From positions 62,001 through 94,109 of the forward strand of contig JYFJ02001036.1 of assembly GCA_000934665.2 (NCBI GenBank): a DNA stretch of 32,109 nucleotides. Direction: 5' to 3'. The notes under the pieces are model-generated. The model saw only the letters and a list, made by a program, of their open reading frames with translations. It made no database searches and was not told the origin of the DNA. Source of the DNA: Catajapyx aquilonaris (taxonomy: Eukaryota). The position numbers and the translations under genes were made by a program. Below, in pieces: positions 1 to 13,706 of this stretch. The first letter of the stretch is position 1, and every line of letters begins with the position of its first letter.

Positions 1-1399
1 CAAGGTATGAAAATTTCCCTCATGGAACACTAAATCCTCCTGTCAACTATACCACTGCGTTTGGAGGATGTTCATATTACTGTTGAAATCCGCTTTTCTC
101 GGCCCCCGCAATGTAGAAAACATGTGTAGGCCAGCGACACAGTTTTGTAAGCCTATACGATCCGCCTACACCAGAATAAATACGGAGGAACAGTGAAAGG
201 AGGAGTTTCCGGGAATTATTGAATAACTTGGGAGCAGAGATGCTTTTCCCTGCTGCACTTTTCAAGAAAGTATATATCTGACTACCACACCGAGGTAGGG
301 TGGAACACCACTGAAGTTGAGGGTCTCGGCGGACACCCCCGAGTTGGGACCAAGACGCAAAAAGTTACGTGACCGGCCCATCGTAGCCTATCCCAAAGAA
401 GTCGTATGTAAAACAATGAATATCTCACCTTTATTTGCACAATCTTCGGCAATTTTAATCAAGGTCCCAGCCTGATGCATTATTGCTAATGACACTGACA
501 GTGAGTAAATAATGCTATAACATGACATAGTCCCATGAGGTACAGTCTCCGCACGCACCCCCTCACACAGAATGACGGAGAGGTGTTAATTGAATAAGTG
601 GAAATAAATCAAAAACAACTCCGGCTATCAGATTTGGCCTGTTATAGTATGTATTGTTGTCATGCACCTGGTTTGCTCTTAGGTGGTATCAGTTTGCTTC
701 TGATAATGTGGAATTGCTCGTGGTATGCGCAGGCTGTCATGATCCACAAGCACTGCCAGATTATTGGAAGCAATACCGTGGATTCTCAGCACTAAGGAGA
801 TGCACTTGCAGCTGTTGCAGCAGGGTAAAATCCTGTCACAATATCAGATCTGGAAACCGGAGTGTTGCGACTCTTTGGTTACAAATCCCCTTGGAAGTGT
901 TGTTTCTGGCTCCACACCCAAAAGAGAAGACCTAGGGCAATACCCTCCACCAAAACCCCCCAATACCTGGCAAATCTCCTCTCCAGATAATGAGAGCTGA
1001 CGTCATCGTTTGACGACCTCTGTGAGTCATGTAGTACAGAACATCAGTAACGTTCAAAATGTGTCCTCGGATCGTTCACCAAAAAAATACATTGGAAAAA
1101 GTAACTGAAAGCTTGAGTCGATATACAGTCTAACTGTGCTGTTGCAACTCCACTGAGTGCATGAAGAAATACCTTTATCACGGGCTATATCCGTGTCCAT
1201 AAGTCATATAAATAAATGAGAGGTAGATGTAGTAGCTGTGTAGTAGTGCTATTCATAATGCATTGCAGCACTTGAAATTGAGAAATTATTGTTGGAAACA
1301 CATGTTTTTGGAGTTTTGATGTTCCTGGCGGGATATTCGCTTAGAATTTAAGAAGAATGTTGTAATGCTCAATTGCCTTTTTAAAAATAAAAGCTTTCT

Positions 1400-1653
1400 G
1401 GGGAGGTGCGGTGGCCGAGATGGTAACGTCTCGGCTTGCTGAGTGAAAGGTCTCAGGTTCGATCTCCGCCTTCACCTGCGTCAGGAGGGTCTGACCCGCG
1501 CCTTGGAGGTGTCTGGCAACCTAACGCCTAACCTCCTGGGAAACATCACTTGGCCCATTTTCAGACATCGCACTTCCATGTTCCCTCCCCAAAAATCCCT
1601 ATCCTTACCCAATGCCACTGATTCCCTGCACCGGAGTTCGAAAAAAAAAAAAA
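1400..1653 (+). mobile_element. tRNA-derived SINE with poly(A) tail
   Basis: Pol III A box TGGCCGAGATGG (1412-1423), B box GGTTCGATCTCC (1456-1467), about 190 bp unrelated body, A13 tail (1641-1653). No clear target-site duplication. Confidence 0.75.
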
Positions 1654-1941
1654 TGGAAAATATAAAATGGAAATATGGTAGTATTCCACCCCCCAACATT
1701 GACACTGGTCTCATGGGGTACAAAAAAAAATTTAAAAATCAAATATTTCTAACCTGCATTCGATACGGCTCATGATTAATGCTCCTTAGCAGTTTTATGC
1801 CATATGCGTATTATTTCGTTGGTTAAAATGCAAATCATTTAAAGGAGTCATTTCAGTAGTTGTAACAGTCCCTCAAAAGCAAGGTTGGTTTCTGCCATCC
1901 TGATTTGTGAATGGGCTTTCAAGGCTCAGAATTATGGTTTC

Positions 1942-2021
1942 CAACAGCAACAAACACGACCTCCCCTAGCAGACACCGTTAGCAATGAAGGAGACGCAAG
2001 TTAACCCAAATCATTAACTAA
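1942..2021. repeat. Dispersed repeat fragment, copy 1 (possible retroposon end with CAA/TTG tail)
   Basis: AGCAATGAAGGAGACGCAAGTTAACCCAAATCATTAACTAA (1981-2021) resembles 20583-20624; both copies follow a CAA-rich run. Confidence 0.5.
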
Positions 2022-5000
2022 ACGTGACACACATTCGTGGTTTCCATTTTCAAATACATAGAGTCTCCAAAAAATGCGCGTTGGTCTACACAAGAAAATG
2101 CTTTTATTGGGCTAATCTTCACATCATGAGAGTGGGCACTAAAAACAGGCTGAAATTAAACGCATAAATATACTCCCACGTCTTGCAATTTACTATGTTG
2201 CTCAAAAAAAATGGAAATGATTTTGCATTTGGTTTCAGTGCAAAATCGTCTCTATCTTTTTGATATAGCACATGAAACTACGATGTAGCCTACAATTCCA
2301 ATCCGTTATACATACGGTGCACCTAAAATTACGTAGAACAATCCACACTCGCTGGCACAGTACTAGATTTCAACTGAAATGGTTCAGTTCCTCTGGAGCG
2401 ACAGAGTTCGCGATGTATGCTACGTAAATTCACCATTTATTGTCAAACAGTGGCTATCTACCTTGCTATCTACAGTAAGTTGTTGCCAGACAGCTTGATC
2501 CGCTTCAATGACCAAAATTTTACTTCCGTCGCAGAGATCAACATCTTGGCTTTCCCAACTTCGAAATTAGTAAACACATGACCAAAACATTTTAATTTCC
2601 GTATATGATAAATGCTCGATACTACGCTAACTCTTCAGCTATCACAGTGACTGAAAACTCAATAGGCTTGCATTAATCAAACTATAAAGGTAGCATAAAA
2701 TGAGAACTTATTCTTCGGATACAAATCCGGATATTCTGTATAGGGCGCTCTTGGCAACCAAATCTCCGATGGGTCAAACACTGACTTTACGAGTTTATGA
2801 CACACACATTCATCTAAAAACTCTTTCTCGCAGAACAATTAATCTTGAGGGCAATAAATATTACCGCGCGTGTAATGTTATACCCTGAAAAATGGACGTC
2901 CAGGTCTTGCAAGACTTCTTGAAATATATCACCAGTGTTATCGTTATCTACTTAGCTGGATATCTGTCCCATGCAGAACAGTAGCAAAGCCCACCCTCGA
3001 TCAATAAGCTCCTTCCTTTCCTTCCTTCTCCCTGGTTGGACACCCACACATTCTTGCCAGGGGGACGGCCAGACAGTCTCACCTTTGACCCCAACCTCTT
3101 GAACACCTTGCCTAAAGTAATCCCCCAGCAAAGCTCTACAAACTGATCTCTTCGGGTGCACACCCCTACTCATTCAACTATTAGAGCAGCAATTCACTCT
3201 TACAATGAAAAATGACCCAGCAAATCGAAAAGTGCAACTGAGACACATTTTATGCACCACATGAACCACTCGAATGCACGTGAAATAAATAGAGCCCACG
3301 CTATACTCTACGCTAATCAACTCGCAAGTCAACGGAAGTAGATAAAATCACACAATACTCGGATAACATTTTAGGATAGTCAGACGCTTTTAATAGCTGG
3401 CTAGTAGGAGCATATTGGGGAGAAGAAAAATAAGCCCTACTTTGTTCCCGACTCTCCCGATTGGCTTACTCAGCTGGTTCAAGCTGTTTAGGTCTAACTG
3501 CGTGGGAAGACGCAATAGCGGCCTCTGAATAGCAAGGAGTTCAAACCTATTTGCGATCTTATTTCGCTGATAATGCATTGACAAGAAAGAGAAATATCTT
3601 GTGCTTGTTTCATTCACTTTAATATCTGACAATAATTATATCGCGAGATCCTAATTTATACGAGATAATTCCCTCATCAACAAATTCAGTAAGTTGCCAG
3701 AATAGCAGAGGCTGCTGCATATTCATGAACATAACGTAACCTTACTTATTATGTGTCACGAAGTTAATCAAAACGGAACTGGTGGCCACAAGTAGGTTCC
3801 GCGTAACGAAAGTAACATTTACGTTACTTTGTTAATATCAAGATGATACAATGCGTCTACAGTGTAGAGATTACCCCTGTATTTCTACAGTTCCTGAAAG
3901 CAACGGCAGACACTTCCAGGAAACTCACAAAGATTGTATTATATACTGTTGCCATGAAAGCCAGCTACTTGCAACATCGACATAATGCAGTAATGATATA
4001 AAATCAAGTATGAGTTAGCTGCGTAATTTTCAGCTCAGTTATTACTTTCCAATCATCAATTATAATGTGACCTAATGAATATTAAACTGTCAAAATAGTA
4101 ATCGACTAAAACCGCAAAATATCTTTCCTTGTTAACAATATTGCGCTATTTTTTATCGGCTCTGATATCCCATAGCCGCACCGCATCCGTGGAGCGCCTC
4201 ACATCCTCCTGGCACATGTATTATTTTTCCCGTGACGTAACTGAAGGCCTTGGCTGCTGATCAATGACGAGTGGCCATCAATCAACTTTATCCCAATAGT
4301 AAGAGTGAGCCTGTTGTTTCCATGCCCCCTCATCATCAAACACCTGGATTCCTTCACCTGGACACATCAGTGTAAATCGCGTCTATTTTCTACCATAATA
4401 ACGTGTCACCAAGCACTCCTAACATAAGTATAGAAGCGCGGTATTGCAGTTTTTCACCCCCGTGTCACTGCGCGGAAGAGCACAAATACCTAAAACAACA
4501 TTCTACGTCTATGCCAATCGGCTTTACTACCTGGGGTATAACTGCATCCGACTCTGCGACCTTAAACGTCATATTAACATGAAGAACACGTCCACACTCT
4601 CAGCGGCACATACTTGTCCTATGGAAACTCAACGGGGATATCAATGCATTGTGCAATCTACAACAGCCCGTTAGCAAACTTCCGCTTTGCCAAGCATTTC
4701 TAACCGCAAGCCTACCTGGTGTCCCAAAAGTCACGCGTGACTGCAACTATACGTCCGCGCTCATTTCCGACATTCCAGATACACATTAGGCAACCTGGTG
4801 CTAATCCCAGGCGTCATTACATAGCTGACATGTCCCGAGAAGCATGTCCCAGTCACGCCGGACCACAACTCGAGCATTTCCGCCATCCCAGAGAGGCTTC
4901 TGGCACACCTGGTAGAACCCCTTCGGGCTTTCCCTATACAGCTGGGGACACTCGGGACGTCTGAATTATTTGGGTCTCTATCATTGACAGTGGTAGTTTG

Positions 5001-8000
5001 TGCTGACGGTATCATTGATGCCGAGTTGTCTGAAGCGCATATCCTATGTCGAATAGATTCGGCCATGTACAGCTTAAGATGTACACGTGCAGCAGTTAAA
5101 AACGGATCGAGTAAAAGCACGGGATTTTATTTTGCAGTTTATAGCTCAACTCTATTTACATTAAACTTACATTAAACAAACCTCACGGAAATGGTGAGTG
5201 GCTGCAGCATTTTGTCACACCTTTAAATTCACTTCACTTCGGGCTCTCACACATCTGATACAGTATATGCAGTGTTAGTGTATTTATGACAATAGGGGGC
5301 AATGTGTGAAAGGTTGTGCCAATTCAACTGAAATGCACAATTTGCATAAAAATATTTGAATCATAAAATTTCAAAATAAAATAAATGTTCTTTAAAACAG
5401 GCTACAGCAACTCTAAGGGTGAGTCGACGGGTACTAAGACGGAAGACGGACACTTCTTCGTGCTCGCAACATTGTTTCTTTGCTCGTAACATTGCGTGCT
5501 TGATGTATTCTGCCGCTTTTCGAACCCTAGCATTGAGGAATAAATAGTGCACAAGACTCCATAGCCCATATACAAGGGCCTTTACAAGTTCTGCCCCGAA
5601 CGAGTGACACCGAGGGGGAGCACACAAGACTGGATCAGCCCCTTCAAATCTTCCGCAGACATGAACCCAAGTTCATCTGTAATCCCCAGCAGTTTTCCTG
5701 CCATCACGCAAAATCACAATTGATCACAGATGATCAGCGACCAGCACATGCCGATAGAATCAGCATTCCATCGGCTGGTGCAGGGCTCGGTCCAACATTA
5801 ACGCACACCTGTTGTGAGCATGTTCCACACACCTCCTCGCATGAGGGCTCATCTACATGATTCCCTATAACCAGCGACGTAAAAGTAGAGTAATGCAGGA
5901 ATGGATCGATATCAGTTCCCGCTATTAGTAATTGAGCAAGTAACGGAGAGCTGGGATATTCAACACAGCTACACCACAACTATTATACACGTCAACTTTT
6001 TGATGCTGGGGCGCGCTGGTATAGGGCATACACTTTCTGGCTTGTTGACCAATATGTCTCTCATTTGGACTCCATTCCTGTATATGCCCGTGATATGGTT
6101 GGGCCAGATTTGCCCAGCCAGCTGAGAAGTTCATATATGAATCGCTACGATTATACCCGCAGGAGCCAAACGGGGGCAGAAAAATTGAAACAGATCGATT
6201 CGACATATTTGCAGGCGTCATATGTGAGCGGACGTGAGCAGTAGAGCTCATTCTATCCTAGACACACAGGTGAGGGAAGGATGGTAGGCAGAGTTTTGAG
6301 AGCCAGCGCTAGTAGTAGTGCGCGCGTTTCATGATTTTATTGATTTGAAACGTAGAGAAGCAAGAGGAGCTGCTCTTGCGCCTCCTGGGCCATTTGCCAT
6401 CCATGCAACCACTCTTTTGTTTCTCCAAACACCTCGTCTGCCCTCAGCCACCGCAACCCCAAACCATCCGGTTTAATTTCTCACCCCTCTGGGCATCCCC
6501 TTTATATCACTGTTTAGCCCCCAAACGCACGCCCTCAAGGAAGCCGAATCCAATCAGTGCAGGCCTGGCGCAACACGCCATCAGCACACCAGACATATCA
6601 CCACAATAATATATTACGTATTATTAGTACCCCCCCCCGAAGACCCCTACCATCGCTCAATGATCCGTGGCATGCAACGTCCACAGACAGATACACACAC
6701 TGTCTACTGGGCTCATCTGTGTAATCAAATGGCAACGACTCTCCTCTCGACGACATCTAGTTCTTTCCACGACAGCCTGTGACTTCGACCATTATGAATT
6801 AAATAATACGTTTAAAATGTACTAGAATAATGCTAACGATCAACGCGCTCACTAATTAGTTCGGAACTAACCGTGCTGGTATTTGCAGTATAGCCAAGTA
6901 TGTGGGTCAGTCAATAAGAAGGGGCACTTGATTTCCTAGCTGGCGGTGAGAGGGAAAAAGACCTGGATCCTACAACAGGAATTAATCACTGATCTGCTCC
7001 AGCAGAAAATCATCAACTATACATACAAGTAGCAACTATTTAATCTTACTTTGTTGATAAGTCGAGTGCTAAAATAATAGCAGCAGCCAAATAGAAGTAC
7101 ATGAATCAATTAGGCAAACTGCCCCCTAAGTTACCAATTTATTTAGAAAATAACAAAACTTGCATTAATCTCCGAATATCGGAATAGCGCCTGTGTCATA
7201 ACAAAACTGAACACGTAAATAAATTTCTCCTCTATTGCTCACTAAAAAACATATTGTCAAAAAAGTCTTCAAAAGTCTTGGTGTAAAGCAATAGTCCCAA
7301 CGTAACATGCTTGAAACTTGATGTTTCTTAAGTACAGTAGTAAAATTCTCAGCTTTTAAAGTAAGAAATGCTGGGCCACTTCACATAAGACTAATATTAA
7401 TAATGCCACAGTAATCGCTGTAAACTCCTGCAGTATGAGTGAGTAAAATGAATCCCAATCAAGTGTTCTTGGTCTGTTGCTGGGGCATGATGTTCTTCAA
7501 GCAGAATAATGATTCAGACTTGATGGGTCTGTCTACACTTCACATCGAAACATGTTAATGACCATGGTGCTCATAAGTCATTACTGCCACCACAATTCCA
7601 ACTACAGTTCCATTGCTTAAGTTTTTTATCCAAAGTGTTCACAGCAATTAGAAGAGTATAACTTGTGCAGTAACTAACAGTTCATGATGGTAATCCAAAG
7701 TTAGTAGCCATAATAATTTAAAAAGCAAGAAAATCGCAGTACTATGTCATGACAACCATCTTTACATTTTCTCATCACATTATTATGCAGCTCTTCTGCC
7801 CTACACTTAAGTAAAGCTTCTGTGAAACATAAGGATATATTTCTAATAATACAATCAGGGTTTTCTGTGGAATGTTAATACCTCCATAATTTACTGGAAT
7901 TGCACTGTACCATGTCATGAAAATTGCAATGGTTTCTGAGAGCAAATGTCAGAATATTATGCCTGTGAGATTGCTCATGAGGTTCAGTCACACATGTCTG

Positions 8001-9022
8001 CTGCACCCTGTGGAAACCACAACTCTACATTTTTTAGCCCTTTACAAAACCAACCACCCCCAATACGTATTTGATACATGCAAAAAGCAAGTACTTTACG
8101 TGAATTCTCTACAATTTGAGGCAAGAACATGTCACAACATAATGTACAATCCAACAAGAGAAAATGATCCACTGGCATCCTGCCAATACTAATAACAATG
8201 ATCATTAATGGTAGTCCACATGTCTTGGAACAAACATGCCCACATGTCCTCTCTTGACCCAGTGAACTACTGGTCCTTTAAAAATCCTGTGGACTTTCCA
8301 TAATAACAAAGGCAGAGGTAAACATTTAAAAGCATAAACTTAACCTGGCATAGCTTTCAACCACGGAGACTTGTCACTTTATGTGCAGTCCATAGCATGG
8401 AGCACAAGTTCTAATAAGATAGCGCTGGTAGTTGTTGTTCTGGGTCCTTATCTATATTACTCTCAACAAAAACTATGCCATTAATTTTAATGTATTTCAT
8501 TTCAGTTTCTGATGTCCTTTTTTTTCATAACTGCATTCAATGAATGTCTCTGTGAAGATGTCAGTCACTACAAACTCTTGGACATGGCCAGGCACATCTA
8601 AACTTTGTCCATCTTTATATGGCAATGAAAGTGCATTGGTAGTTCAATAAATGTATGTGACAAAAATGCACACTCAATATATTGGGGTACTTTGTGTGGG
8701 GTACAGCATCCAAGGTTAGTTTTCAGGAGCTATATATGATGTGATAGCATAATTATGATCAGATAGGGACAAACCTTCCGCAATAATTTTATAAATCTGA
8801 TCTTCTGCTCAGCATTACACAGTCAAGTAACAAACAGTTATTGTGCAAAATAGGAGGTGCACTCGAAAATGTGACAAGAGGGACAGTCAGATGTCTGATA
8901 CGTTTAATGAGTATATAATTATGCTTTGCATTGTTACTAATTGCTGAGTCAAATATCATTAACAAGGAAAGATATGGTCCTATCCAGATTCATGTATGTC
9001 ATGTGAATGGTCCTACTGAAGC

Positions 9023-9057
<35 letters not shown>
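9023..9057. repeat. (TTG)n microsatellite, about 11 units
   Basis: Directly visible tandem repeat. Confidence 0.95.
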
Positions 9058-9249
9058 CTAATATCGTTGGCAAGAATGAAAGCATATGGAATTGTAACTC
9101 ATCCTGAAAACATCAGTATGCAGAGGTATATTTCAAAAAAGAGCATGACTGTAAAACATACTAGAAAAAACAAAAATTATGCAAAACCACATAATTATAT
9201 CCTCTGCAAGTTTGATGCAAAAATAATATTTCCATAAGTATTTCTATTT

Positions 9250-9816
9250 CAGTAAAACTTCTATATAACGCTCCCACATCCAATGCTATCCCGCTTTTAA
9301 TGCCCCTTTTTCTGGTCCCTTGGTCAGCCCCATGGGCCCAATGGTAAATTTTCCTGCTTATAGTGCTTCCCTCTTGTTAACGCTTTCCCGCATGTACAGC
9401 TCAGTATCCCTGAGACACTTATCCAGCATATAAGGTCACAATTGACAACAGATAAATAACAGGGCATTTTTTCTATACACTTTGAAGGTATAAAGGCCAT
9501 TGTACGCTGGTGTAAGGAGGTGGGCCAAGAGCTGCATATGTGAACATTGTCAACAATTACCATGGTTGGTCAGTATCATTTTGGATTCTTCAGGGGATAT
9601 TATTTTTTGGGGTGTACGTGGTGAGTGGGCAGGTTAGGTTACATTAAGTCAGGTAAATGTGGTTTATATTATGCATCCATATACAGAGTAAGAGTGTCGA
9701 CATTCATTTCCTGAGTAATGGGTTAATTAAATCGCATTTCTCGCATGTAACAAATTCCTGCTTACGACACTAATTTTGGCTGGTCTCTTGAAGAGCGTTA
9801 TATCGAGGTTTGACTG
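9250..9816. mobile_element. pogo/Tigger-type non-autonomous DNA transposon (MITE)
   Basis: Imperfect TIRs: CAGTAAAACTTCTATATAACGCT on the left versus the reverse complement of AGCGTTATATCGAGGTTTGACTG on the right. TA follows the right end (9817-9818); the left flank is TT. Subterminal TTCCTGCTTA and CGCATGTA repeats near both ends. Confidence 0.7.
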
Positions 9817-10942
9817 TATTCCTATGATTGATGATTCAACACATGCCTCGTAATTACTTTTTGTATGACACAGGATCAAGGGGTTACTCACTTGATGTTA
9901 TAGTGTACGATGGACTTCACAAACACTGTCCAGACTTTAGCTCGACTTCTAACTTCAACCAGACAGTCTTGGTGTACATGTACAAAGGACTTCATAAGTT
10001 ACTAACCCCTCGCACAGGATTTAAACTGTATAATTTTATTAATTTATTATACGACATTGTAATTCCAAAAGATATCAAATCAAACAGATATTATTATAAT
10101 TATAATTATTATATGTTGGATGTAGCTTTATATAATATTCATTTTAGAGGATGGCAGTCTTTCTCATCATGTAAATTTGGGGGGAAATATTGAAAAATGC
10201 AGCATAAATTATTATTATTATTATTAACACTTAATTATATTAATTACAATCAATAATAATAATTATTATTTATTTACGTCGTGGGAGATTATCCCTTTGG
10301 ACGGTATTAATTAAAATCAATGATCAATTATAAGGTACTTATTGAAAGTTGGTCTTTCCCATCATGTAAATTTGAAGAAGAAAAAAAGTCTTACCTAACA
10401 ATTAAGACCTCCAATTTTTGTATTTTAAGAAATTATTGCATTTTGTGACACAAAAGTACATCATATGTTTAACACAAATGTGAAATATTGAACTTCACAT
10501 TCTTCTCAGTTATGGCTCTCTTGTATTATTTTGGCACAGCTAGGTAAGTTATATTATGTCAATTCCTATTCTTAAAACAATTAGTTTGATCAATTTGACT
10601 TCACTAAAATGATATGGACCTGATGAAGTTTTGCAACTGGGGATGGATCAGCCTTGTCTCAACCTGGTATGTGGAAAATTAAGATTACTGTTCAATTTAC
10701 ATTTGCTGTGTATGGGGGGGGGGGGGGNTGTGATAATGCATTTTGCCATATGGCTATTTCCTGATGTGGCATGACCACCCATCTTACATCTTATTAACAT
10801 GCAGTGCTTTAATCTGATATATTTGATAGGTTATCACCATAGAGGTCACATACTTGTCCTACAAAATGAACCAATATAAACATGCAACAATCCTCAAATA
10901 GTCAACAAAAATCTCCTGCCAAATATTCATGAAAATTGAAAC

Positions 10943-11020
10943 AGCACAATGACGTATTGGTTAAGGCCACAACCATTCCTTCTCTGAGGTCCTAAGGTTG
11001 ATCCCTAGGTTGGGCACATG
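10943..11020 (+). mobile_element. Degenerate tRNA-derived SINE head
   Basis: A-box-like TGACGTATTGG and B-box-like GGTTGATCCC at tRNA-like spacing; heavily decayed. Confidence 0.3.
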
Positions 11021-13423
11021 ATCTTCTCTTACTTTTTTCTCTGCATCACGTCCAAGTAAAATTTCTACTGGTGTTTCACTGTTTCATCCTGCTTTCAAAA
11101 TTCAGCATCAGTGAAGTTACTTTAAATAAAATCAGGTACATGAAAGGGGTCCTCTGATAGACTACAAGCATGTAACAAGGTATGACACAGGTGTTGAGCT
11201 AAGATATATGGGTCAGCATGTTGAAAATTCTCAATCATTGCAAGTTCAAATGGGTGGAGAAAGCCTCAGAAACTTGCACTAAATGTTACTTTTATCTGCA
11301 TGTCCCTGGTAGGTGATAATTTTTCACATGCCATTATTTATGGGTATTAATTTGTTTCATATTATATTCTGGTACTAGCCAATTGCAATACCCTATCTGA
11401 AGGTATATCATGCACACAACATTCCACAATAATCTGTTTCATTTAATGGCAATGTTACAATGACAGGTACCAATCACCTTCTGTAACCATTAGAACCTGT
11501 TTTTTTATTATTTATTATTTTTTTAACGAATTCAAAATTTAACCCTACATCTTGGATCAGCATAGTCCTAGTTTTCTATTTGAGCTTTCACTCTCCTAAG
11601 AGAAATGAACAAGCACTGATGTACAAAAGTTTTTAGAAAAATTAGCAAGACAGGTGTCCTCAAGAAGCAGTTTCTCTTCCTCTCCTCTGCACTATAGCTG
11701 CACCTGTGCTAACACATTCTGGCCAAGTATGCTAACACCTCAACATGCTAGTAATACTTCCATCTCTTGGTGCAAAAATTTCTTCCACCTTACATACTGC
11801 CAAACAGATATGGACTTTCTTACGCATCCCAAATGTGGACCCATATCACATTAATTGTCAGGATTAACAGGTTCAGCCACTATTACTCAAAATCAAACAA
11901 ATCACAATAGTCCGTGCATCTTAAGTGGTGGGGAAAATTTGCTCCTACACTCCTCAAAATGGGAATCCTCGTACTGCACTGGAAATGGCTTGGTCCACTG
12001 CCTTGTCTGAGAACAATGATCACATGGTTATTCCCTTCATGTAGGACCCTGTTCCATGCCCCACATAAGTTACACTGTGAGGTCACTGTTTTGTGTAGCA
12101 CAGTGGAACCTAATATTGTGTTCTGAAGTCAGATAAGTGATCAAAATATTGGTGGAAAACCACAGAAACTCCATGTCAATAGGATCTCACCAGCTAGGTT
12201 AGCCCATTTCCGAGATATTTCTTGGAGACTACCTAAAGAAGAATATAATGTCAGCATACTTCAGATTGCGTGGTATTGACCAACTCAGTCTTTTTGGTCA
12301 TGCATCAATGTTTCAAGTCATTCAGTCCTATCTTTCCCTCCCAGCACTTGATCTACTAAATTTTGCATGGTGGCCACTAATAATAATCAGGGAGCTGAAC
12401 AACATATTCTGTATGTTTCTATTTCCTCAAGGAGGGTAACACAGTTTGTGAGATAAAAACTGTAGTCATGGACTAAGTTAAGGCAGAGCTAAGGTTATTT
12501 CAGAACATATCAAGACCATTATATTGAGTTCTGGGCAGAGAGTTTGTCTTCAAATTCTCAATATTTTAAAATGGCAAATTAAGCTGTCAAGATGGGCAGG
12601 AGAAACACCTACAAAAGCCATCTAGAACCATCATAAGGTCTCTTATCCCTGTGATGAAGTGATTTTCATCCACAGTTCATGAACTAAAACATTCATTGTT
12701 GAAGATAAACTTTTGTCAGACAAAAATTTGCCTCAAGAAGCAAAAATGCCCACAAGAGGTTTATATCCTAGACTTTCAGAAACAACTTAAGCTTGCTCAA
12801 CAAAGACTTGGTCAACAAATCATTAACTTTTGATCTAATACAGAGAGGATCTTAGATGTTTTGGAATGAGTGAAAAGGTTGCCCCAAATCCTACAAGGGG
12901 CTCATACTAGAAAGAATTAATATTCCGCAATGTTCTAGGGGACAGATGCACAAATAATTGCAAATAAACACTGCCACTTGCTGATAGAATCTACAGCAAC
13001 AATCTTCACCACAGCTCTTATTTGCACTTGTTCATGCATCTGTTCCCCAAATGTGAAGTAGGCCTATGTGGATTTTAACCTTCAAGGCATGGTCAGAGTT
13101 AAGATGAGACCAGTGCATTACAGCCTTTGCTCTGGAACCGTATAAAACAGCACACTCCTCTGCAGGATTATAATTTCCTGTGGCTGATGTTGTTTTCAGC
13201 TACACTGTACATCCAGTGCACCTTGAGTGCCAGGGACATGGACCAAGAGGTACGCTATATAAATTTCTTGATGGCATTTTCTGCTTTACTTCAAAAACCA
13301 ATTAAGGGTGACAAGACTCACAACTCACCCTATAAGAACAATCACTATCATAGTCTCCCTCTGAGGAGCTCAGATCTTTTCTTCAACCCCCAACCCATAG
13401 AATCTTGTGTCAGTCTGACTTAC

Positions 13424-13706
13424 CTTCGCAGGTGTAGCCTTGCTGAATGAGACCCCAGAGCATGTCTGTGCAGTGGTGGCAGTAAGTGGGCTTGTGAAAG
13501 GTCTTCTTGGTGAAGCTGTGTCCATGGCAGTCGATGGCAGAAGGAGATCCCCCTGGCGTGACTGCCCCTCCACCAGCTCCTGCTGAGGACCCCCCTCCGC
13601 CTGCCTGGCCTCCTGCCTGGCCCCCAACTGCAGCCCCTCCTGGCACTGACGCTGCAGTGGGCTGGGCCGGCGAGGACGCACTGCTGGGGCTGGGTGCCGA
13701 AGCCAT
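13424..13706 (-). CDS. DGKQ: First coding exon of a C1-domain protein, probably diacylglycerol kinase theta; the remaining exons were not found in the window
   Basis: ATG at 13706, Ala/Gly/Ser-rich leader, then C1 motif HSFTKKTFHKPTYCHHCTDMLWGLIQQGYTCE. Ends at a phase-1 G|GTAAGT donor. An N-terminal C1 with this sequence matches arthropod DGK-theta as I recall it; other C1 proteins are not fully excluded. Confidence 0.75.

Noticed and set aside
598..1000. Overlapping plus-strand ORFs of 65-93 aa
   Set aside because: No recognisable domain, mostly non-ATG starts, and no consistent splice structure.
1400..1480. tRNA gene (also considered at 27414-27500)
   Set aside because: A and B boxes are present, but there is no convincing anticodon arm and the sequence continues into a SINE body and tail.
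9007..9237. ORF with poly-Val resembling a signal peptide
   Set aside because: The hydrophobic run is just the (TTG)n microsatellite.
10158..10373. About 22 bp direct repeat GTCTTTC[T/C]CATCATGTAAATTTG in an AT-rich tract
   Set aside because: Only two copies in low-complexity DNA; not an array and no function evident.
10714..10728. Poly-G run ending in N (also 16034-16052)
   Set aside because: Homopolymer with an ambiguous base; likely a sequencing or assembly uncertainty.
1..13423. Further DGK exons (expected continuation VCNF..H..C)
   Set aside because: I found no minus-strand phase-1 exon with this motif by eye. It is probably outside the window, though a small exon could have been missed.
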